From NCBI RefSeq assembly GCF_964204645.1, contig NC_134027.1, positions 8,030,485-8,094,484 on the forward strand: a DNA stretch of 64,000 nucleotides, in the 5' to 3' direction. Both the position numbers and the translations under genes were made by a program. Below the pieces are notes generated by a model, which did not search any database, was not told the origin of the DNA, and saw nothing but the letters and a program-made list of their open reading frames with translations. Positions 1-11,526 of this stretch are shown one piece after another. Source of the stretch: Tubulanus polymorphus. Its lineage: Eukaryota; Animalia; Nemertea. Within the stretch, counting starts at the first letter, position 1; each line of letters begins with the position of its first letter.

Positions 1-81
1 CAGTACTGCACCATGAGTCAAAATCTTGCCCTAATTTCAAACATAGACATCACAAAGTCAAGCACTATGTTGTTGACTTAC

Positions 82-340
82 CTCCTCAAGTTTAAACAAT
101 GTCAATATTTATTTAAGCTTTTAATAAATTAATGGCTTTTAGAGTCTATTTTTAAAGCCCAATTGAATCTCCTATTCCCACCCAATCCTAATCATCCAAG
201 TCCAATTAACCATTTACCTAAAAGACAAGATTTATAAAGAAAGGGACTCAATCTACCGCTGAAAACTATTGTCTCAATGTAGACCCCGGAGTCTTTGAAA
301 TGCAACCAAAAGACTTTCTATAGTGAAGATCACGAACTCA
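82..340 (-). other. Probable first exons (~258-340 and 82-218) of a divergent transcript running off the window start
   Basis: Minus-strand donor GCG|GTAGAT (257), acceptor CTTTTAG (219) and donor GAG|GTAAGT (81). No long ORF, so 5' UTR or lncRNA. Confidence 0.45.
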
Positions 341-357
341 ATGAAAAAACGGACGCT

Positions 358-369
358 TTCAAATTTGAA
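358..369. promoter_or_regulatory. Palindromic CHR-like element TTCAAATTTGAA in the putative bidirectional promoter
   Basis: TTTGAA on both strands, between the two inferred divergent first exons. Confidence 0.35.
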
Positions 370-389
370 TTTTTACTAAAGGGGAAATC

Positions 390-416
390 TAAATTTTGGC
401 GAGTGGCGATAACTAG
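390..416 (+). other. Probable non-coding first exon of GTF3C1 (intron 417-583); start approximate
   Basis: Donor CTAG|GTATGG at 416/417 and acceptor TTTTTTTCAG at 583, 22 nt before the ATG at 606. Confidence 0.55.
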
Positions 417-605
417 GTATGGCCAGTCATCAAGAGTTGGCTGTGCATGTACTATTATAGTAATCTGCTGGTGCAGTTATATGGTACCGGTAATATTTTT
501 TGTGACTACTATGTACATATACTGGATTTCATTGTTATGTAGGGCTAGCGGTTTTAACTAATATACCAGTACATTTTTTTCAGATGATTAATAAATTCGT
601 TAATC

Positions 606-3600
606 ATGGATTTTGTTGAACCATGTGTAGATGAAATTGCCTTAGAAGGCTTGGAGGGTAAGTAACATTTGAAAAGATCAATGTGCAGGCCTAGATGGTA
701 TATGGACCTGTGCTTTAACTTCTAAGTTAGGTTTGGCGTATTGTTTCACTGAATGAGGATATCATCGATTGATTAGAAATGTCTTTATTTCAGGAATAAC
801 GTTATCAGCGTTGTGGCAACGACTGGAGAGGAGATTACCGAAGTTTCCGTTGAGCATTGACGCGCAATCGAAATCATTTATCTGGGCGAATGTGGCCAAA
901 CATCCGGAACTAGAATTCTATGAACTGCCGGTGCCCAGGCCACCGTTAGTGATTTATGACCGATATGACTACTATGACGAAGAATCTGGATCTTACTATG
1001 AGCCGGTACGTAACTCTCTTACATGCGTATGGTTAGATAAGTAGATTCTAATAGGCTTCACAGGGGTGAATCCAAGGGCACACTGAATTGAAAAGCGCAA
1101 AGGCCTTTATACGTATACTGAAAGAGTGCAAGGTGTCCACCAAGAGCAAATGCGGAGCCAAAACAGTGGTGCATTCTAACGTAATATCCTGGCATTTTAG
1201 ATTAGTGACTAAGTTAAGTGTATAGACCTAAGTTGTCTGCAGCTGACTGCTGTTCTTGTATATTGCAAGTGGAAAAATTGCCCTATAAAGAATTGCTGTT
1301 GTTTTCAAAAACTCATGAGACAATTATTGAGACTAGTAGAGTCTGGTACGCTTCACATTTATATCATCTTGAACACTTCATTACCTATAGCATATAAATT
1401 TAAGCATTCTGTCTGTATTCATTAAGAGAGAGAGATCCAATTTTCACGAGATAGTTGAGAATGATAATTTCTGCGCGCGTGATTTCAGACGGAAGCACCA
1501 GATGATATTTATCCGGTCAACATAATAAACGAAGATGGCGTCAGAGGCTCGTGTTCGACTTATCAAGCTCGCAAAAAAGTTACCAATCTGATTCGCGATT
1601 ATCATGGTAACCTGCTGTGGATGTTACAAGAAGTGGAAGAGAGGTACATTTCTGTAAACCACAATTCTGCTGATGGTTGATTGATATAGATTGAATAATT
1701 GTGTTGTGATTATCATCTAGATGGGGCGAGTATTTGGTCGTAGTTGCTTCGCAAGAGCAAAGAAATTTGGCGTTGATGGGACCCGATGTGGATCCATTCT
1801 TGAAGTTGAAAGACATACAGTACTGTATCTTAGAACGAGTAGGGAGGTGAGTTCATGCTATTCAACTGTAATTATGATACTAGGGAGTTTACAACACATT
1901 AATGTGGTATGACACGCAGTTCTGTGCTTGCTTTTCTTTAGATCGCGCTGGAATGGCGAACTTGTTACCGGAATCGTCAGTTTAAACGTCTTCAAACAAT
2001 CGTCAAAGACTCATTATTACTTCCGCAAAACATTGATTCAACACAACCTGATCAGAAAGCAAGTTCATGTGAGTCAAATTTAGAAATGGATATTCTTTTT
2101 TATCTGCTTTGTTATGAATATTCATTGATCTTTTCTCCTATGTTCCATAATAAAATGTGTCAGAAAAATATAACAGAAATATAAAGAAAAATACCCATAT
2201 GTCAGAAAATTTCCTGGCTTCTGGTTTTGTTATTTTTCAGTTCGGTAATTTGCCTGTATGTATTTCTAGGTTCACGCGATTAAAAAACCAAATAGAGGCC
2301 AATTCCAGATGTCCCATGTGAAACTACTGCATTTGACTCGCTTTTTTACAACCAAAAAAGGTCGATACATGGAATCACTTGAAAAAGTTTGCAATTATCT
2401 CAATGGTAAAGATGATAAGATGGAATCTTGTGCTACTATCATTCATGACTGCGTAAGTTTATCAAATGTGATATTCAAATATAACCTTTTTGATCTGACT
2501 TAAACCAAATTTGTGATCAGATATATAACAAGAATGTTAAGAATGATTCTAAGGCATCACCCTTAGCAATTCAGCGAAATGAACTATGGAAATATTTGTA
2601 ATGCTCTGATTAGTGAAATATAAGAAATCCTGTTCAATTGGTTTGCTCCATATTTTGTAGGATGTTGATGTTATGATGATGAAGCGTCTGTCAACTCATG
2701 CTATGAATTTTCTGAAAGTAGTATATATCCCGATATCGCAAGTTTATCCAGATGTACCGGATGACAAGAAATACACCAAGTAAGGTTCCACGACCATCCG
2801 TATTAGCTACATTGTGTAATGCATCAGTTTCATAAAAAGAAAGTGATTGTTTTGTTAATTTTGTTTTCTCTGTGCACGTTTAATTGACTCTCATTTTGAT
2901 TTGGTTGCAGAGGTCAAAACGAACGAGTTGTCAAAATGCTCCGCTTGAATAAGATGATTAAGGAAGAAGATGAAGATGATGAGGATGAAGAGAGCGCAGT
3001 TAATGAAGATGAACGTATGAAATATGTTTTATGATTATCATTATCAACGCACAATTAATGGCAAATCGTATTAATAGTGGATGGTGTAACTCCTGGATAG
3101 TAGTAAAATGAAGACTAATTCATATTTGTAGAAATTGAAAAGATGGTCTGGAGAAGAGATTTACCATTGATGAATCAAGCGTACGATTTTGTGTGCAAAC
3201 AGGGACCGAACGGAATCAACGGTCGACAACTCGCGTATGGAATGGGTCTGACGAGACTGGACGCCAGAAATATCATGAGAAACTTGGATAGGATGGGTGT
3301 CGCCTTCTGTATGATGGTTGAGCGTGGAAGACAGCGTGTCACTCGGTATGATACATACATTATTATTATATTATCTGTATGTCGTTCGGATGTTGGTTTC
3401 CCTAAACTAAACCCTTTTGGGTTATTCATTTAGCTACATTCATTTAACCTCACGAATTGATGGCTTATATTTGTTATTATCTTGTATCTGATTTTGACAA
3501 TTTCGGTCGTTCAATACTTGTGTAACTTGGAAATCTGACCACTCCGTAATCTATTACCGATATATAACTTTTGCTTTATAATGCCAGTAAATCCAAAACA

Positions 3601-6600
3601 TGAGCTGTCAAGCTTAGTTGCCTGGTTAACGCTGAAAAATATAAATTAAACAATTCGACTATGTTCATTTGCAGTATGGTTGCTGAAATTCATCGTCATA
3701 AATCAGATGCCGAGCAGAAATTTAACCGAGAAAAAGGACGTATTTTGGCGCTAACAGCCACACCTTCTGATAAAGGTAGATTAGCTACGAAATAAGACAA
3801 TTTTGTGACTCATTCTTGTTTGTGCAACTGGCCCGTGGTTACCATAACTTGAAGTCATAATGATGGAAAGAAAAAGATGAAAGTTTCCACTATTCTTATA
3901 ATAAATATAATTGATGACTAATCGATTTTTTCAGCAAAAATGCCTGCCCCGTCTCCTAGCAGCAGCCGTAAGAAATCAGTTCGAACTCCAGATGTGAAAT
4001 GTGTCAAAACTGAGTAGGTCTTATGCAATTACACATATTGTAAACTATTCGTATATAGACTATCGAAACACACGTACCGTTAACTTGTATGGATTTGTTT
4101 TCAATTCTGTTTTTTCTTCTTTTCCACAGACAGCTGGATGAGCATTGTATCGTTATGCACGATATAACCATTGAAGATGAATCAAAACCACTAGAAATCG
4201 CTACTGAAGAGGAAGCATTTGCCAGCATTAGAAAAGATACAGGTGAACAAATGCACTGATTAGCTATAGTGCACTAATTAGTTTTGCCTAATTCATTAGA
4301 ATTACTGGTCGTATGTTGTTGATGTAGGTGGGATTACTTAAATCGAAAGATTAGATGATTAGAATTTAAGAAAAGACGGTTGCCAATATTGTCCTGATAC
4401 CAGTCTTTAGGATCCTTTAGCAAAACTTATGTTCGTTCTTATTTTATTTAGCAAATTTGACTCTTCGTTGGTTAAAACGAGCGAACATCATTATAGAAAC
4501 AGTTCGTCGGGAGCAGGTCATCGATAATTTAACCCTGCTCAGAAATGTAAGTTTCCTTTCAATCGTTCATTCTGCAGCATGGTGTTATATGATGTATTAT
4601 CTGCTTGACAAAATGCTTTTCATTTCATGATAGAAAATGATTGAGTTGGAGAAAGCAGAGGGTCTCGAGGGAATTTTCGATCGTAAGTCACTTGAACGTA
4701 TCGTCAATCGACTGGCCAAGGAGGGACAGATTAAATCCATCAAAACGGTCATCAAGCACAACGGCATTGAAAGAAAGGTTTGGCATTACTTCCATCGCAG
4801 TCTCTCATACAAAAACCAGGAATGTGTTTACTGAGTTAATTAAGTTTTAATGCTCATGAATATTTATAGCTACAATTTCTGTGCGACAAAGACGTACCCG
4901 TGTCGGACCGACGAATTCAGTCGGTGATCGAACGATCGAAAATGAACATCATGGGATTGTCGTTCACGAAACAGTCATCGAGCTCGAACAAGAAGCCGCG
5001 AGTGCCTCGTGCGACGAGCGCCAATACAGCTCACATCAAACAAGAGATCGATACTTCAGGAGAATTCGGAACAGGGTCGTCAAGTCTGCGCAAACTGGTG
5101 ACTTTGCAAAATACAAACATCAACTTGGAATATGATCATGTAAGTGATTATTGAGTTTTGATAATGATGTTACTTTAAATTCGTCCACTTACCACAGATC
5201 TCATGTGGCAATAAATTTCAGGCGAGGCATGCTGATCCGGTCTTCTGTATAAGTTTTTCATTGAACACTTTTAATTGAAATATTTCAAATCGTGGTTAAT
5301 CTTTATAGACTGTTATTGAAAATATTTTTCTGTATTTTTCATAGACCTGTGGGCGTAAATATGGTCTACTGCCGAAAATGCGTCGTTTGGAAGTGTTTCA
5401 TAAGCTGTTGTTTTATCTCGTACGAGACAATCGCAGTAGAAAGCCGGCACCGATCGCCGACTCTATACCCGCGGAAATTTGCCCTCTCGACGTTGAAGTT
5501 AGTATACACTAAACAGTATGAAGAACTTATAACTTGAAATTCATTTGATGAGAAATCATGACCATCACATCAATTATTTGTAGGGTGAACCTGAAGTGAT
5601 GGTTGATGAAATGAACTGGAAAAGATACCTTAGCCATTTACCCAAACATCATGGTAAATAAACAACTGCCTTACATTAACTACTGGATGTCTTTTAATTC
5701 TCTTGTATCCCAGGGTTTTTGTCTTGTTTACAAAGGATGGTCATGTGCATTACTATCCACTCTGTTGCATGTGCTGCCCTGGTGTAATATTGTCCCTTCT
5801 ATTGGGGAGGTAGCTGGATTAACAGCAGGGGCATTGTCTTGGATGGTTCAGGCCTTAAGCAATTACTCATTGTCAGCTATGCTTCATGCGTGTGTGCCTT
5901 CGTAATGGTTTTAATCTTTGTATTTCAGGGTATGATGAAGGCTGGTTTTATTTGAGTGATGTCATACTACAAATTCCACTAGTACTCTTCTGTCAGCTTA
6001 TCAGTATCAACTACAAGGTAATTTAACGTTGATCATCGACTAAATTTACTCCAAGAATCTTGTTTCCTACCATAGAAAAGATGTTGATATTCGTTTCTCA
6101 ATTTCCAGATAGAAGAACTGCCTGAATTGCTGAATGATCCTGTCAGGAAACTCTACCCACTGCAGTACCTGGCACCACCCTTGGTGCAGAAGATCCTGTT
6201 CAAGCGCAAATACATCTTTGCTTTGAATAATCTGTGCACAAATCTCTGCTATCTCGGTCTATTGTCGATGGGACCACAGCATGAGAAAGAAAAGGATAGG
6301 GTATGTGTGAATAAGTTTGTATTAACCTAAGATTTTTCACCTTTCCAGTTTTGAATTACACAGCATCAACATTGACAATAATTGTACTCATTTTCATATT
6401 TTAGTTGTTTGCATATATCCATACGCAAGCCACGTTGAGAGATACATCAATATCTGATCCCGGTTACCGTTATGTCTCCACTGAAATTGAATATGAACCA
6501 AAATATTACGTTTTCACAAACTACCAGGTCGTCGAACAGTATTGGCTCGACCTCGAGGTCATCGGTATGAACACTAAATTGGGTATGTATAATGTTAATG

Positions 6601-9600
6601 AATGCCCTTTCTCCATTATTTCTGATTTTGAATATTTTGTTGTGCAGAACACAGTTTTTAGAGAATATTCGAGAATACGATCACAATGTAATAAGTAATA
6701 CTCCCTCGGCAAACAGAGGGCAGGAACACATTCATGAGGCCAGATCTAGATGAATGATGACTTGATAAAAACAAATAAAAGAACTCCTTGTATATTTTGT
6801 TTGGATTTAGGTTTAAGAAATGAAAGAGTAGAAGGTGAAGACTTCAACTACAAACAGGACATGTTTGCTAAACCAGACCTGTTGAAAATGTTGAGACCAA
6901 AAAGTAATGATGCGATTGATGATAATGGTTTTCTGCCGGGTGATGGGCTCGGAGCGGCTGGTATTGACTCATGCTTTTATGCGTAAGTATAACTAACTAA
7001 TTCGATATGCATCAATTTAACAATAAAAAAAGAGACTTTTCTGGATTACAATTCTTTTATACAGACATCGTCGCGTCAACTGGACTTGGAGTAAATTAGA
7101 TAAACCACAATCGGCCACATCTGATAGTAAGTTTATTTCTGATATTTTTGTGTACTTGTATTAAGTAGAAGTTTCGATATTGGATTAGCATTTGATTAAT
7201 TGTCGCTATTCGATTATTTAAGCAAATAAGAGATTGGCAGGTTTGAAAAACACAGTCGAAATCATCATCAAAGACAGCGACGGAAACCCTGTCCGAGTTG
7301 AACAAGTTACGTTGTCCTCGGTCACAAACATTCACGGTCAAAAGGGCGGCAAAGGCCAGAAGAGGAAAGCAGTCAATGCACCCGCGCATGAAAAACCACC
7401 GAAAATCAAAAAGTCTATTGTGCCGCCAAAACCGAAGAAGCCACCAAGTAAATCCAAACGTGAGTAACATTTTTAACTACTGTTCAAAGAGGTGATAAGC
7501 ATATAACCTTAATGGCATCAAGTTGAATACATTGATTATAATCCATTGTGTTATAGGTGTACATGATGATATTGATGAAAGTGCATTACGGGAAATGAGA
7601 CGTACGAGATGTAACTGGACGCCTGAAGAGGATACAGTCGTAAGTTTGCCACTAGCTAACAACTGAAAATCACCGGTGTCTGGACAATGATTAATAGCTG
7701 TGTTGGATTTTGTTGTGTTAATTTCTGTGTATATATTTGTAGCTTTTGTTATGCCATGTGACAAACTCATTCTTGTACCAGAAAAAGGGAATGATGATAA
7801 CCAGTCAACTGGTTAGAGATATTCTACACTACATGGTTCCTGTAAGTTTAACATATTTCGATCCAAGAAAAATTGCTAATTTCTTCCCCAGGTTTTTGCA
7901 AGGGTTATCTTTCAACAATTCATTTTGGTTGCTGGCTTATTGCATATAGCGGATCTCATATTTTTCTCTATTTAGACTGCCACTGATAAAACTGTTTTGG
8001 CTTGTCGCAGACGATTACTGTTCATGCTAAAGAACCCTGTCACTTACAACAATGTCTGTGTCTACCTGGGAGAGGCACTCGCTTGTCAGGTATTGATAGC
8101 AAAAATATAAACATGACCAGTTTACTGAGAAGATAGACAATAGACAAATTAAATTTAGCAAACAAATGTAGCAGTGTGCTCTATATTAGTTGTGTTTCTG
8201 TGTCTGTAGGAACTCGTTGAGAAATACAAAACAGGAAAGGAGTATTTCTTTTCGCAAGCGGATAAAAACGCTGACGTGTTCATGGCCGTTTTCAAGTGCC
8301 TCTACGATCGATTTGTGTAAGTTGCCACTTGATCCTTTGTTGACGAAGCAATCTGCGAAATAAAAAGGTTCGTTATTCGATGCTCTATAATTGCAGCATC
8401 AAAGGAGAAACGACTGGATATCACCTGCCGTTAACGCGGGAAGAATTGAAGGAGAAATTTAGTCTACACAGTTATCGAGAGCATTGCCAACAGAAATCAG
8501 TACACACCGATCCGAAAACAACTGATGACATATTGTACAGTAGTGTGCATAACCTGATTCATGTAAGACTAAAATTCACATGGTTCAGATTTTTAAAGTT
8601 ACATGATAGAAGAATAATTCAGTGAAGATTAACCGACAGTTTTACAATTGAGAACAAGCTTAACTGTGGGGCCTATACAGTGCTTCATCTAGCCAAAAAT
8701 GAAGGCCGAAAATAGCCGCCCTTGTGCCCTTCAGATGTGTCCCATGCTCGCCCTTGTGCCCTCATCACTTGCCGTAGGTCTGCCCTCCTGCCCTCGTCAG
8801 TCACGAGTACCGAGTCAGGTTTTCAAAATAAGCCGTCACATCCGACTGTTAGTAAGAATCCTGCGACGGCTATGAAATATCTCGTATGATATCAATGATA
8901 GTAGCTCATGTGATCAGTGGTTATATTCAAATGTACTGCAGTCAGTGTGCATCGTGGGAAAACGTGCCTCAGACGCGTGGCCTAGTTTTAGTTGCCAGGA
9001 AATTGGCTGACTTCCAAACTACTGCCAATCATTCTAGCGGCTGCCGTTGTAAAGCTGGTAGTGCATATTCGATGGATTGTTTCGTTTTGAACACATCTCG
9101 ATGCTCTGGATCTTTTTATCCAGACTGTGAGACAAATTTTATATATACAAGGTGAAAAACTTTGTTCGGTGAACTCACAGAGAGACTTGCAGAGACAATA
9201 AGTTTGAGTAGCCTAATAGCAATAATGTGTTCTTAAGCTGGCTGCTTACCAATTATCAACAGTTACTTGCCAATCACTAACACTATCAATTTAAATCAAT
9301 TAATTTGATATTTCTAAGATTAAAAAATATGCAATTTCATGTAGGCCTATACACTATTGCTGGCTTTTTTTCGCTGTATCATTTGCTTTTTGAGATTGCT
9401 TTTTTTCTGCCATTTTTGTCTGCTACTGGTTTTCCAAATAATTTTGAAAGCCCTGTCTATCATATTATCGATTAACTTTAGTTCATTGACAGGCATAGGT
9501 GTAAGGATGTACTGTGGTCAAGTCTGTCACACATGGCAAAATCAGAGATAAACATAGTTTCTAGTCCTCAATTGTAGTAGGGGGTACCTCGATTCTATGC

Positions 9601-11526
9601 AATAGGGAACATTGCAGGTTGCCCCTAAAACAGACGTGAGTGCGTTATTATGTGCCCTTGCTCCAATGGAATCACGCGCAAAATGCCCTTATTTGAAATC
9701 AGCACCCTGCCCTTTTTTAATGCTAGATGAAGCACTGGCTATAAGATTGATACTGGTCAAATTGACGTTCACTCTTAATTAGTGAAAATCATTGAATTCA
9801 TACTACTATTATTGATGTATATCACCTGATGAAGCTTCTATTCATTAGAAGCGAAAGCTCGTGCGTCAAATAAATAGTTAACCTATACAGTACTACTCGT
9901 CTCGTTACTGATGTGTATATGTGTATTGTAGAGTACGCTATCATTGAATGACAAGATAGGTAGAGCACATGAATTGTACAAAATCTACAGCCAATACCCG
10001 GATAAACTGTTGGAAAGTGTTGTTAAAGTAATGGAAGCTGACAAGATCATAACTAGGGTATGTGTTAGTTTCTCGCAATCCTGAGAATTCATTATTGTGA
10101 GTTGCTCGTATGATCATGCATTGCTTATTTCTCATATTTAGATAAAACCCCGACTGCAAGCTCAAGCAAAGACATTTTCACGTTGTACCCAGGCATTTCA
10201 ACTCACCCAAAGGTATGCGGTTAAGAATGTGACGTTCGGGTTTGGCTCATTGTAGTGATTATCGGTCTCATTCTTGACACATGGAAAATCATTCAGAAAC
10301 ACTACTTATAAAATTCATTTAGAGAAATGCTTATAAGGGAATGAACTTGATTTTAATATGTATCACTCCCACAGGTATCGTTACGCGTTTTTGTACCTGA
10401 CGAAATTTCCTCGAGATTTGTTCGACGATGCGTACACAACAATACAACTATTGCATGGCAACCTGAAAGATCATCAGGGCGAACAGATGAATATAACGCA
10501 CAAAGATGTCGGCGGAATAACGGCAGCGCTGGTATCACTGCAAACCAATCGAAAAGTGAGTAGAAACCGGTTCAATCATTTTAATGTAATTCAGTAGTTA
10601 CATCTGTACATTTGTGAATTTACTGACTGTCTTTTGTCTTAAGTTGTTGTTCGAGACGACCATCCCGGAGCAAATCATCCTCGTCGATCAAGTGAAGAAG
10701 TCCGATGAAGACGAAAAGTCGATCGATAAGCAAATCGAAGACGACGAATCGGAGGAAGAAAAGGAGGAAGATGAAATGATGAAAGCAAGCGCCCAACAGC
10801 AGAAAGATCTCGACGGTACGTCGACTGAGGAGTACACCGCGTCTAACATCACCGAAGAGCTGTCGGTGATACATCCGATGCCGGAGGGCGTCTCCTCGAC
10901 CTCCGCAGACAAAATGCAGCCGGATATCAATCTGGACGATTATTGTTCGTACCAAGCGTCGCGAGTTTTGCTGTCGTTAGCCAAGTTTAAACTCGGCATT
11001 AAAATGCGTAATTTGAGCCCGTATGACAAAATCGTCGTCAACCCGTGCAACATTAAAGTCAGCCTGAAAAATTCCCCGAAAGCCGAAGAGTTCGCCGCCG
11101 ACTTAGATCTGACACATTTGTTCAGTTTCCCGGTGAAGGAACAGTCGTTGTTGCCGAGTAAAGAGTTGGGGCACTTGGTTCTAGCGCCGATTCGACAGGT
11201 GATTCCGATGCAACTCGACGAAGACGAGGTCTGGAATGAATACGCCGATGAGTTCGAGTTGAACGAGGACCAGGCTGAATTGGTGAAAGAGATCTACGCG
11301 TATATCCTGGCTGCAAAATGGCTTGGCTGTAAAAAGTCGGACCTGCGGGTAAATATGTCGTATTCGGTACTACTGTCGCGTCAACTCGTGAAACTGAGTG
11401 TGGATTGATTCGTAGGCTAGGATTCTCATCTTTGTGTCAACTGAAATCTTAATTATCTATCAATTGCAGATGAAATGGGGTGCGACATGTGTGAATTATA
11501 TCGAGATACTTGCCACGTACGGAATG
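606..11526 (+). CDS. GTF3C1: GTF3C1 5' exon block (coding exons 1-33)
   Basis: Densely packed exons with mostly short introns. The last exon [19 protein letters not shown] ends at donor ATG|GTGAGT (11526/11527). Confidence 0.93.

Noticed and set aside
2060-2280. Val-His duplication at the exon 5/6 junction (two donors 6 nt apart)
   Set aside because: Both donors keep frame; a minor boundary ambiguity.
5163-5237. ATGATGT...CTGA C/D-like pair in intron 15 (similar at ~2553-2610)
   Set aside because: Terminal stems are minimal and guide matches imperfect; chance occurrence is likely.
10620-11316. Antisense ORFs over GTF3C1 exon 32 (and 55678-56278 over the last exon)
   Set aside because: Shadows of the sense coding exons.
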